Shown one piece after another: positions 38,197 to 51,000 of a stretch of 64,000 nt of DNA (positions are counted from its first letter, which is position 1; every line of letters starts with the position of its first letter). The notes under the pieces were generated by a model. It made no database searches and was not told where the DNA came from. It saw only the letters and a program-made list of their open reading frames with translations. This stretch comes from Antedon mediterranea (taxonomy: Eukaryota; Animalia; Echinodermata): positions 1,297,812-1,361,811 of the forward strand of contig NC_092675.1 of assembly GCF_964355755.1 (NCBI RefSeq), given 5' to 3'. Made by a program: the position numbers and the translations under genes.

Positions 38197-38343
38197 CTGA
38201 TTGTGTAAAAGTAAAAAATTCTGATTGTATAAAAGTTACAAATTCTGATTGTATAAAAGTTAAAAATTATGAATGTATAAAAGTTAAAAATTCTGATTGT
38301 ATAAAAGTTAAATTCTGATTGTATAAAAGTTAAAAATTCTGAT
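38197..38343. repeat. 24-bp minisatellite (TCTGATTGTATAAAAGTTAAAAAT), about 6 copies
   Basis: Direct reading. Confidence 0.9.
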
Positions 38344-38699
38344 CTTACCGGTACTTTTCATAACAATCCTATACAATGAGTAACTAGCTATACACACTGC
38401 ATTGCACTTTGAAAATGGAATAGTGTAAACAGTTTGCCGAGGTTGGTTATATTTATTGTATAAATCCAACATGTAAACAAAGCGCTAGAAAGTTTTTAGA
38501 AATCCTGCCAGACCGTATTAACCAAACCCATTATTCCCATTAAAACGCCCTGAGGCCCTACCAAGTTGAGTCACTAGTACGGTAATTAAAAGCTTACATA
38601 TAATGTATAGCCCTGCATGGCTAATAGGGTTTTAGCACAATAGGGTTTATTTGACAATGGTGTAGGCCTAACACACACCAACGTGTGAGGGCCAATTCT

Positions 38700-38959
38700 C
38701 AATAGGACAGGCTATGACGTACTTCCGTATTTCTCCATTTCGAGTACACTAATCGATCCATGATATATAATATAATACTCTCAGGGTTACGTCACGTGGA
38801 AACTATTTGGTTTTTTTTTGTTCAGCTCATGTGACCCGGAACAGATACTGTTGTCATTACAGTATTGTCTTCATAAATGAATATCTTTTGAACGTAGTTT
38901 GTGTTGTAGACGCTCAGAGTGTTATATAGACAAAATTCAGTGGTTGACAATTCTTAAAC
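38700..38959 (+). promoter_or_regulatory. Putative ACP5 proximal promoter with E-box/M-box and CRE-like motifs
   Basis: GTCACGTGG at 38791, TCATGTGAC at 38827, CCGGAA at ~38836, TGACGTA at ~38715; within 250 bp of the ATG. Motif matches only. Confidence 0.45.
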
Positions 38960-41900
38960 ATGTTGTCCCGGTCATATTTATGTTCAAATATAGTATTACT
39001 TGTCATTTCAAGCGGTAAGTACACAGTGTATGTCTACAAGTTCTAAGTACGAGTCGCATTATGGGGTTAGTTTGCAGACCTAATACATTTCAACGAAGTT
39101 CGAAGAATGGAACGCGGCGTTACATTAAGCGTTACGTCACTTCCTGTTACGTCATTGCTATATATCAGGCGAGCATTATCCTTCCGTTAATGTTCTTGAA
39201 AGTCCGTACAAATTCAAATTTGTGTCGCCTGTCAGAAAACTATTCTAAACTAAAAGCCATCGCTATACTGTACCATTTATATTATCATCGTTATTCATTT
39301 CAATTTACTTTCGTCCTCAGTAAAAATGAAAATATATTGAGTGTTCATGGAATTTAAAAATATTACAACATATGTTAAACATTAGGTTAAAACATACAAA
39401 ACACATTTTATTAAAATATAAAAACATCAAAATGGTACTGTAGTAGGTAGGGTATACAGATTAAAAAAAAGATTACGTCACACTGTGCACGTGTGCATCC
39501 AACAAAAATAGGAAAATATAATATAATAATATATATACGGTAACTTACTAGCTTGGATACACAGTGATCAATATCTCGAGCTCCTTAGGACTAAGTGTGT
39601 GTTGGAACACTCAATTATTATTTTTCAATGATAAATTTTTGTTTACAACTCTGTCATAGGCCTACGTGTTTTGTTTTTTTTAGTCCGGGTGAATGACATT
39701 CTCGCCTCACTGATTTTACTTATGACGCAACAACCATATATTTCAGCGAATAAATATATACAAATAATAATAGCATAATAATTTATACTACTGTCGTGAA
39801 TAATTGTGTAGCCCACAACTTATTATACTAAAATAAAAAAACAGGATTCATTTAAATTCAAAAGCTTTCCTGTTGGTTTAAAAAATAGACAAATTGATTG
39901 ACAGTATCAGGGCCGTAGCCAGCATGGGTTTTTTTTCAATTGTCACCGCCCACTCCAATTCCCCAGCACAGATCGTCATATTTTATATTAATAATTATAT
40001 TTAGGCCTATTAAGTATTGCCTCGTCTGTTTTTAACATCTCACTACGGCCTTGTATAGTATAGTCTTTTAGCCTCGTTATATAGGCCTACCATGTGTAGG
40101 CTATATTAATCAAATTAATTTTCTATAACTCCGATACCCCATAGATCCTGTTTCTCTGGGATATCCATAATTAAAAAGGGCGCTTTTGAACAGCAATGCG
40201 ATTCTAAATTATGTATTTTTCAGACAGTAAGGCTGGGTTGGTGATTAGAGCTTACCACATCCTATAACAATTGTTTTTAAAGTTTACATTTTCACATGTT
40301 TAACAAATTATAAGAACCAATAATTATTTATTAATATGCATAGAGAACCATTAAACCGCCCAGTGATATACTGGAAAATAATCAATGTTTAAAGGGTTAA
40401 AATGCGGAAATCTGCGAGATTGCAAAACTGCGATTCGAACCCCGACATTTATTAATTTCTTTCTCTTTTTTTTTAACTTTAGTGGCATCATCGGACAAAC
40501 TATACACCAATGATTCGCTTAGATTTCTGGTGTTAGCGGACTGGGGTGGCTTACCAATATCTCCATATTTTACTCCGATTGAGGTTTCTGTAGCTAAAGT
40601 TATGGGTGATATTGCTACAAATTATAAGTCAGAATTTGTGCTAGCGCTGGGAGATAACTTCTATTTCAACGGTGTAGAGAACGAGCATGATCGGCGATTT
40701 AAGGTAGTTTTCCATATGAATGCTATTGTAAGAATTATTAAAGACAGGGGAGTGTGCGGGGTGAGAATTTCGCGCCGAAGGCACTAACGATGGGCCTGGG
40801 TACGGTGGGGGGCTGGTTTGTATATTTTTAGTAAGTGAAATGTAAAGGGGCGCCTGATTTGTTCATTCGTTTTCATTTTGCATTTTGTTAATTGTAAAAG
40901 ACTTTCAATTTTGTATTTAGGACACATTTGAAAATGTTTACACAGCACCATCACTCGATATACCATGGTATATTGTTGGTGGCAACCATGACCACGTTGG
41001 TAACATTACAGGACAAACAGAGTATACAAACATATCACCAAGATGGTAAGGCTCAAACCTGGTTATTGGTACTTTATCTAGATTTCCCAATATAAATTGT
41101 GTTTCACGTGTATCGCCCAGTAGGCCTATCTTATTTCATAACCTAACCATTAGGCCTAATTTAACCTTAATACAGACACCACATGTGATGCACATGTGAT
41201 GCTGTGTTACGGGATTGTCTTATGATACTGTGCCAACATTATCTTATGTTTGGAGATAAATCACTGAGAATCGGGTACACAAAACTATTACATTAATTTT
41301 AAAAAAATCAGATTGGAACATCAGATAGACGTAGCAGCCTACTAAAAATTGAGATCAAAGCACTGTCAAAGTTTCCCAGAGGTACAGCCACCTCTACAAC
41401 TACTACAAGATGCCTTAGACGAATGGTTTTCAGAATATTTGTTTCTCAGCAACGATTTTCAACTGACCAAAACGTCGATTTAAAAACTTTTTTCAGCCAA
41501 TGCGTGTGTGCCTCTGATCACGGAGGATGTAACGTTCATGGTCTGATATTGGTGCCATGCCCCTACTCTGATCATGGTCAAGAGAATTTTCTCCATGGTC
41601 TAATAGAACTTGGAGACCGGTTTAGCAATAAAGGGAAACGAATATTAATTTAATTATTGTTTTTTTTTAGGAATTTCCCATCCCTGTACTACAGACTAAA
41701 GTTTGACATACCAAATACAAAATCATCAATATTAATAGTGATGATTGATACTGTCGTGTTATGTGGTAACTCCGATATGCTGTTTCCTGGATCAGCGCCT
41801 ACAGGGCCAGATGATCCCCAGGCAGCTGAAGAGCAATGGGCGTGGATTGAGCAACAACTAAACAATTCTCAAAAGTAAGTGATTTACTCCTAAAACAAAC

Positions 41901-43559
41901 AATACAAAGTTGTCATCTTGTGTCTGCCTGCCTTAATGCGTTCCCACTAGAGACGCAACACAACGATGAACGCACCATAAGGGATTTGACCAATCACAAC
42001 CAATCACTTATTCGATGTGTCGCTTGTCATTGGTCAACTCGCTTACGTTGTGTCTACGTCCTTGCGTTGCGTCCTAGTGGGAACCAAGCCAACCAAGAAC
42101 GGACTCAAATGAAGTACAACGCTTTTTGTGACAGAGGGGTAAATATGTCCCTATCGTTTATACATGGTAAATAAGCCCTAAAAGTGCCTATGTATGACTC
42201 GTACTGTTATTGCATTTACTTTCACAACCTCTGTGTTATCTTTGTTTTTTGTTGCTTCTTGTAAAAAAATACAAAACGGTTTAATATAGGCGATGTGCCA
42301 ATATTTGATTTTTTTTTTTTTAAAGTTAAACATACAAGTTCCTTCCTTGTTTCTTTTTCAGTTTTGAATATGTGATAGTTGCCGGTCATTTCCCTGTATG
42401 GTCTGTGGCACATCATGGTCCCACCGAGTGCCTGGTATCACGACTACAACCACTCTTAAACAAGTACCGAGTTAATGCATATTTCTGTGGACATGACCAT
42501 AATTTACAAGTATGACTTAACCTCTGTCTACACTATCAAACTTTATGTGACAAAAAAATGTGCTGTGCCCATATATCGACATGATGATGTCCTATCACTA
42601 TTATATTTAAGCATGTCACTACCATATTTGGGAACATCACACTTTTTTGTCAAACTAGTAAACTAATACCGAATAAACAAAATCTATAAATATGATCGAA
42701 TCAAGCAGATTTTGTTTGTAGGCCTACTATATTGAGAAAAATAAAATTAGCAAAAACCACGCAATTACATTCTATATAGTCAAAATTTTAAAGAAAAATA
42801 ATCAAAATGTATGGCATGCCATGAAAAGAATAACAAGCTTGATGATCGCTCTAGCTAATGCTTAAATTAGTAATTTCATATACATAGAAAATAACTCATT
42901 AGCACATGTACTTAGGAGTTCATCAAATCAGAATGAAAATAGAACAAATATTTATGAGTTGTTAACTCGTATCGTTTAATCATTATATTAATTTTCCGTA
43001 ACGGCTCTTCCAAATTACATTCAGTCCTATCTGCTGAATCTATTTATTCTTTAAAGCGCTGTGTACACTATGAAACTAGTTTGACAACAAAATGATGTGT
43101 GAAAATATGGTAGTGATACGACATCACCATGTCTATATATGGGCACATCACATTATTTTGTCACATAAAGTTTAATAGTGTAGACGAGCTTTACTGTATT
43201 AATTTGTTTGTTCATTAATATTTATTAACATGATTGATATCTAATTGTAAGCTATAGAGGTAATTAAAATGAATTGAACCATTACTAACTAAAATTATTT
43301 ATTTGAATTTCAGTATCTTAAGGAGGACAATTCAACAGTGAAATATTTTGTTATTGGTTCAGCCAATTTTGTAGATCCATCCAAGTCGCATATGGATAGT
43401 GTACCACCTAACTCGCTGAAATTTTTCTATTCACAACCAGTAGGTGGATTTGCGTATCTAACAGCAACGTCACAGAATATAACACTGACGTTTGCAGATG
43501 GACATGAAGGAAAGGATATCTACCAAAACATTATCCTACCGAGATCTAAGAATTTCTAA
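38960..43559 (+). CDS. ACP5: Tartrate-resistant acid phosphatase type 5 (purple acid phosphatase), 332 aa
   Basis: Exons 38960-39014, 40483-40703, 40921-41045, 41671-41874, 42362-42509, 43314-43559 (999 nt, phases consistent). All five metal-binding motifs present: DWG, GDNFY, GNHD, VAGH, GHDH; N-terminal hydrophobic leader [20 protein letters not shown] (first exon less certain). Confidence 0.93.
39908..40053. mobile_element. Short hAT-like MITE remnant
   Basis: CAGGGCCGTAG ... CTACGGCCTTG inverted ends. Confidence 0.45.
41935..42090. mobile_element. MITE family B (TIR GCTTGGTTCCCACTAG)
   Basis: GTTCCCACTAGAGACGCAAC...GTTGCGTCCTAGTGGGAACCAAGC; internal TGACCAATCACAA / TTGTCATTGGTCAA inverted pair. 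Confidence 0.8.
42519..42662. mobile_element. MITE family A, partial
   Basis: CTCTGTCTACACTATCAAACTTTATGTGAC arm immediately after the ACP5 exon 5 donor. Confidence 0.75.
43055..43191. mobile_element. MITE family A
   Basis: Both TIRs recognisable. Confidence 0.75.
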
Positions 43560-43977
43560 AACACTAAAACTACTTTTTTTAAACAATATTTTGTATCAAA
43601 TAGTTGATTGAGGTGATTACTTTATTTTTTCTAGTTATTTTATATATTATATAATCATATTATATTATTTTTATATTATACATAATTTCGCACTACTCCT
43701 TTAGGCAGTTATATTCAAGAGAACGGACTAATTTGGAAAGAGTTACCATGCGGTAGCTTATAGTTTACTACGGGTAAAAAAATGGGTTTTTGGAAACTCG
43801 GACTGGGCATGCTCAAACACCAAAGCATGTCTAGGAGAAGATAGTCTATGAGATGTATGTAGACTAGTAGTCTAGTCTGTAAAGAACTGTTCAATAAACA
43901 AAGTTTGGCTGTCAACCTAGTCATTATATTAATAATAATAGTCTAATCCTTCTTCTATGGTAAATAGTTTTAGTGAA

Positions 43978-44196
43978 TGGTGTGTATACCCTGGTGTGTA
44001 TACCCTGGTGTGCATACCCTGGTGTGCATTCCCTGGTGTGCATTCCCTGGTGTGCATTCCCTGGTGTGCATTCCCTGGTGTGCATTCCCTGGTGTGCATT
44101 CCCTGGTGTGCATTCCCTGGTGTGCATACCCTGGTGTGCATACCCTGGTGTGCATACCCTGGTGTGCATACCCTGGTGTGCATACCCTGGTGTGTA
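43978..44196. repeat. 16-bp minisatellite (CCCTGGTGTGCATW-type), about 13 copies
   Basis: Direct reading; explains the six overlapping ORFs at 43924-44222. Confidence 0.95.
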
Positions 44197-45048
44197 TATA
44201 GATGAATTGTTTGATTAGTCACTATGACCTTAGGTAGTAACGCTTCTACCTCGGAATATGTACAGTACTATAGTTTAGGATTATATTTTTGTTCTATAAG
44301 TAAGCCATGGACTTTGTTCTGAAATAAAAGTTGATTGTTTGATTTAATTAATTGTTTAATAAGTTAAATCAACTACAGAAGGCTGTTATCACTCCTGATT
44401 ATTATTCATTGATAACCAAATAAATAATGTTATTTTAAATATAATATTTTAAAAATACAAACATAATTACAAGAGTATGATATAACGTGTGCACATTTTG
44501 TGAATGATTTTAAACAATGTAGAATTTTGTGTAATATTTTTATAGAAAAATGCTATTAAAATACCAAAACATTGAGTCATAAATAATTTCTTTAGCATAT
44601 TTTAATGTATGTATTCAATAACCCAATGTATACTGTATTTTTATATATTATAATAAAATAATGATCTTCTTCCATTCTTCAAATTAATGTGTTATTTAAA
44701 AGAGTCAACGGCCTACTATACTAATAATGAAAACTGTTACTCTTTTAGAATTATGCAACTTAAAAAGTAGTTGTAACCTAGACTTGAAACAGGTCTTTGA
44801 TTTTGATAAATTAAAAAAATAAATTAAATAAATGATAACGTTAAAATATTTTATTACTATTAAGAATAACAACTTATAATTATTATTTAATTATTGTATT
44901 TCTCTCTCTCTGTAGTGTTCCTTTTAAAATTACATTTAACTGTTTATTCCTCAAGTTCACTTCTTTAAAACCTGCCAATTACTATTCTCTTGATTGTAAA
45001 ACTTGTGACAAAATTGATTGACTTTTTTCAACTACAAACAACTTAAAG

Positions 45049-48000
45049 TTAAAATTTTCCTGACTGAAATAACTCGGCCCAAACCTTGCCATTAGGATAT
45101 TCATATTCTTCTATACACTTAGCTGTAAGTTCTGAAGAGTAACCAGGCTCCTACAATTTCAAACAAAATGTTAGTTTTAACTATTATACAAACATGGTTT
45201 TGTATAATAGCGCCACCATAAAGTTGGTGATTTTTTGTGATTCCAGCTCAAGTTGAGGTATGACACGCTATGTGTGCCAAAAGCTGAATTAAAATTTAGA
45301 ACCAGGACTATGATGTGTGGTGTGATGATGAAAAGGATGAAAAGCAGTGTTTATAATTCTTGATGTAATGATAGTATGTGACAATAGAATTTATTTTAAG
45401 TTAGACATTATGATACATGGTTCTTTTCTATGATATTGGAAATATATTAGACACAGTGCACCAAGACTAGTTACGGCTTACACACACTAAGAGTGACGAA
45501 CACAGGTGAGATGCGCAATGTCTAACATCGACTATCCTTCAAGAAATTGAAATGAAATCATGATTGAAAATGTCTTTTAAATGGAAACGAAGTGTTAATA
45601 GTGCTACTACTGTATAATACAAATCACCTCGTGTGTGTAATGTATTTGTAAATTAATTTTAATTCCTGCCTTTAAATCTTTTATAATATAAATGAAACCA
45701 TGAAACAAATATATTTACTACTGCAAACATGAAGTAAAAACGTTTTTAAACCTCAAAACTTTTTTTGACAATAAACCTTTACCAGTCAACTAAGCCAAAA
45801 TTACCTATTATCAATATTCTGTAATGCTTAATATAATATATCAAACTTTAAAAAAAGTGAGGAAAACCATTATGATTCTAAAGATTCCTTAAGTAAACAA
45901 AGTTTGAAATATTGTTTTTATATTTAAAACTTATTAGTTGACCCTAGATTCTGTGTCCTGTTTAAATAGATCTTAATGGCGGTATTTAAAGTAAAATCTA
46001 AAATTTTAGTTCATTAATTCGTACAAACAAATACCAGTTGTGGATATCAAAAACTTACCTTAGGTGGTAAATAGTTTGTTCCTTTCATTTTCACTGGATA
46101 AACAAATTTGTCACGTAGATGTTCAACAAACTCTATGACTCTAAAATATTAAAACAAATAACAAATGGTCTATTGTTTATAAGGTATAAAACATTCCTCG
46201 TCCATAATGATGTCAATCTTTCCAACATTCCTCATTCATGATGTCAATCTTTCCAACATTCCTCATTCATGATGTCAATCTTTCTAACATTCCTCATTCA
46301 TGATGTCAATCTTTCTAACATTCCTCATTCATGATGTCAATCTTTCCAACATTCCTCATTCATGATGACAATCTTTCCAACAAGCATGCAAGCAGAATGT
46401 ACACTGTTCACTTTTTAAAACTGGTTCTACAAGACTTTTAAATCTATTGATTTTATATGACTTGCAGATTAAAAATTGTAACAAATATGTTACATTACTA
46501 TAAGGTTGACTTCTATTTCACTTATTATAATAAAGCACCTTGTGTTAATGGAATAACTTAGAACAATTTTCAAAATTAAATGAAACTGTAGAAATAAACA
46601 TTCACCTATTCTCCATCGTTGCTGAAACACAACAGAAATCAAACATACTGATGTGGTGAACAAGCTCACAAAGCAGGACACCACCAGCATGAGGACAAAC
46701 AGGTACTATAAGAAAATGAAACAATTTATTAATCTCTGTCTACACTATCAAACTAGTTTGACAAAAAAGTATTAAGTGCCCAAATATGGCAGTGATGTGC
46801 TTAAATATGGTAGTGATATGACATCATTATAATCATTTTGTCACATAAAGGTTAATAGTGTAGACAGAGCTTTAGCATGGATGACATAAATTCCTCTCTA
46901 TGGTATTAGAAGCATTAGGACAGTATCATTACAAAATAATACACATCTTGATAAGTAATCAATTTAAAACTACAAAAACATTACAATAATAATTTGTAAA
47001 AAACTCAATTAAAGGTCACCAACTGTACATCTTAATAAGGAGCTTGCGATTTGTGATAAACTAGAAGCTATGTCGTCAAGTATTCGTACACAATTTTGTA
47101 GATTCTGCTTTTTTCAAAACCTCAATCAAAATTTAGTGAGATGATGACAACATACTATAATGCATGATCATTTCCAATCTATGGTTATTTGTTCTAAGGA
47201 ATCACAAATCAAAATACAACATTATTATGTAAAAACTTTGTAAAATAAACAGGCAGACAGTTTGAAAGGAACAAGTATTATTCACATGCATCCCATTAAA
47301 CTTAAACTATGTATCATCAAATGAAAAAAAACAAGCGAAACAAAAAAAAAAGTCTGTCCTTACTGTCAAACTTTTTAGCCATCAAAAGTATTGCAATGAG
47401 TTCATTGACACTGCCGACACGACAGCTATCAATTTGTAGGAATTGTAAGGAACCAGCTTGTAACATCTGCTTAAAGATCACTCTGTTCTGACACATCTCA
47501 CCAGTGGCAACTCCAATGCCAAGAGGATTTAAGGCCTAGACAGTGACAACCAGATGTTATTGGGACATATCGATGTTAGTTGTCAAAACAATTTACTTTT
47601 TCCTAAATACATTTCCTTCTCATTTGAACGATCACAAGGGATGTGTCACTTTTTGAAATGTAATTCAACAAGCCACAAAATACTAAAGAAATCATCTTAA
47701 AAATATATAGATTTACTTACTTGACACCACAATCATTCATATTTAAACTAGAATCACAGATGCCTACTTTCCAAATTTGATTAATTTAATAACACAATGA
47801 AATGTTAAATTTACTTTTGCAATAGTCGCATGCCCAAGTATGTCATCTGGAGAAGTAGGCTCCTCAATCCAGAGTGGCTTAAATTGAGCAAGTTCTTTCA
47901 TCCATGAAATGGCATCAGGAACATCCCACCTTTGATTACAGTCCATCATCTGAAATATAAAAAAAAACATAAATTGATCTAAAAATGTCTGCGTGTCTTT

Positions 48001-51000
48001 TCACATTATCTAATTTGGGTGTCGGAGTACCATACTAATTGAATCCTTAGAACTAATTCGAAATTTCCTCAGTTACCAGTTAAGCTTGAGGACCAGAATA
48101 AATACATGTACATATTGTAAACAAGTAATGGCAGTATTTGCATGGACATTTCGGACATTATGTTATCGTGGAGGGTAGTACAAGAAACAATTTTACTGGA
48201 AAACATTCTTTAAAGAATAGCCCAGTATAAATATATATAAAAAAAATATTTCAAATGCAATCAACCAAAAAATAACACGGAATCCAATGGCAGTGTACAT
48301 GATGGTCTATAGTTTGAAAGAACACTTCAGAAAACTAGAAAGCCTGATAAATTCTGGTACATAAGATTATACTAAAAAGTGGTCCAGAATTGGGACGATG
48401 GTCTGGATTGCCTCCAAAATTTAATGGAGTGGTCCTTGACCACATATCTTCATTCATTTTGATAAAGATCTTGTAATTACTTTTTGATTAATCCTGCTAA
48501 CAAACAAACAAACAGACAAACGCGATCAACTACATATGCCTCCTCCTTGGCGGAGGTAAAAAAGGGAAATGATTATACTAGATTAAATACTAATACTACT
48601 AATTATAGAATTTATAAACATTTACAAGTGCATTCTGCCATCCAATTTCTTCACGCATAATTGTTGCTCTTCTTTTGTCATCTTCCAAATTTGCTCCTAT
48701 TTTCATTTTGAATCTTGTCCAACCTTCTGACAGAGCTTTTCTACATTTCTGAAAAAACAAGGTAGCTTTTTAACAACAGAAAATTAATTTTCACCTAAGG
48801 TAAGTAAATTGTCAAGGTTCAATGCACTTTTTTGGGGAAACTGTAGTTTTTCATAAGGTTTAGAAAGCTTGAAATAGTATTTACTTGCTATCTGCAATAA
48901 ACCTTATAGACACAGTATTAATGATTTTAGACTCTTTGGATCAATTCAAACAATTAATTAGTAAGGATGAATAGGATATTTGTAGGATGAATAGGATAGG
49001 ATGAATAGGATAGATGAATAAGATAGGATAGAATGAATAAGATAGGATAGATTATTGCTTACTTCTCTTAGTGTTTCATCTGAGTAACCTAGCCAAGCAG
49101 TGGATGTTGTGTATGCTGGGTAACCATTCTCACATACAAACTTTTCTATACAAAAATAAATGTATATAAAATATTTTAATTACACTGGAATTTGAAAATA
49201 AAAAAAGGATAGCAACAAATTGTGAAATGAAGATAACTATAACTTGTTACCTCTTTTCAGCTTTGTTGATTGCTGCTGTTGCAGTATTTCAGTTGCCTCA
49301 TCTTTTGTAACAACATCAGTTCTAAATTCGTAAAATTATGAATCATTAAGTAGCTATACTGTGTTGAGGAATCTAGTAAGAAAGGCATCGCAAAATGAAT
49401 TAACATAACGTAACCAGTGGCGTAACGCAGAGGGCTTCGGCACCTGGATTAGAAACCCTAACCTCCAACGCTGGAGGCCTTGCACATTTTTAGCTTTTTC
49501 GACATATTTTTTAATGTTGTTTCTTTTCTCTGGGCACTGCTCAGGGGCCCCATAAGCTCCAGGGCTCAGGGTTTAGTCAGTGAGCACCACTGAATGTAAC
49601 AGAAAATGATCCCTAGTGGTAATAGGTAGTATAGTAATAGTACAATTATAGTAACAGGTTTGTAGCTTATATTATTAAACAAGGAATACTAATAGTGTCC
49701 ATTTTCCAAAACATTATGTCCTCTAAAAATGATGAACAAATTCATCAAAAATAACAACTTACATATAACGAAAATCTACACAAGAAACAAGTTGTTCTGG
49801 TGTCTAGAAACAATATTCAAACAAATTATTTTTATTCACATTTATTTGAATATTTCAATTTAAATATTTAAAGAAAAAATTAAAATATGAATATTTATAA
49901 TATGACAATACCACTGTTTTGACACACGGTTACTTTTCAAGGAAGGGGAAATAGCCATATATATATATATTTATACAGATAAACTAGTCATGAATTAAGC
50001 TCTGTCTACACTATCAAACTATATGTGACAAAAAATGTCTTGTGCCCATATATAGACTTAATGATGTCAAATCACTACCATATTTGGGCACATTACACTT
50101 TTTTTGTAAAACTAGTTTGATAGTGTAGACAGAGCTTAAGCAACATGATCCGTTTTATTAGAATGTTTAGTAAAATTAATAAAGTACTTGGTTTATAATA
50201 AAGTAAAGTGAATATTTAACATAAAGGACAAATAGACGTAATAAAAGTACTTACCATGTCTGTTAGAAGTTTCCATAAAGGCTGAATAAAAAAATAAAAA
50301 ATTCATCATGATTGGTCTAATACCACAGTTTTCATTTGGTGCTGCGTAAATTGTATGGAATCCTTAAAATAGGAAAACATGTCATCTTCTGGGTCCTATC
50401 TCATCTAACTACAAGTGAAAGCTGCATTTTTTTTTTATATTTTTAGTATCAATTAAAGATTATCTATTAAAACATTGCCAAGGATAACCTGTTCACAAGA
50501 CAAACATATACAGAAGATGATCTACATTAACAAAGTCTTATTACAAGTCTTTGGGAGTGGAGTTATAATTTGTCATTATAAAAAATCCTGACATGACTTG
50601 AACCCAGGACCCTTTGATTGGTGGCCAAGCATCATACACTTTCGTATCTAAAGCCCTCCCTCTGGAGAGCACGGGCTATTGTCGGTTTATACAGGTAAGC
50701 TAGGCAAACATTAGACCACCAACCAACTCCACTCCGTAATGATAAGCTTACCTTTTTTTCTCGTTTGGCATAGAGATCCCATATTGCATTGAGAATCGCA
50801 GCACAAGCCAAGTGTATCACCCCCTTTTCTGGACCTATCTAAAAAAATTAGAAATAAAATGAGGTAATTGTTAATATTTTCAGTATATTGCTGATGAGTT
50901 AATCTAATAATAATGGTAATGATAACAATGAATTTTTATGTTGGTTGTTGCATTTATACAAGCAATGCAACGAACGTCCAACACACTGTTCCACACACCC

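Noticed and set aside
43924-44222. Six overlapping ORFs with CTPGYAHQG/VCIPWC repeats
   Set aside because: 16-bp minisatellite artefact.
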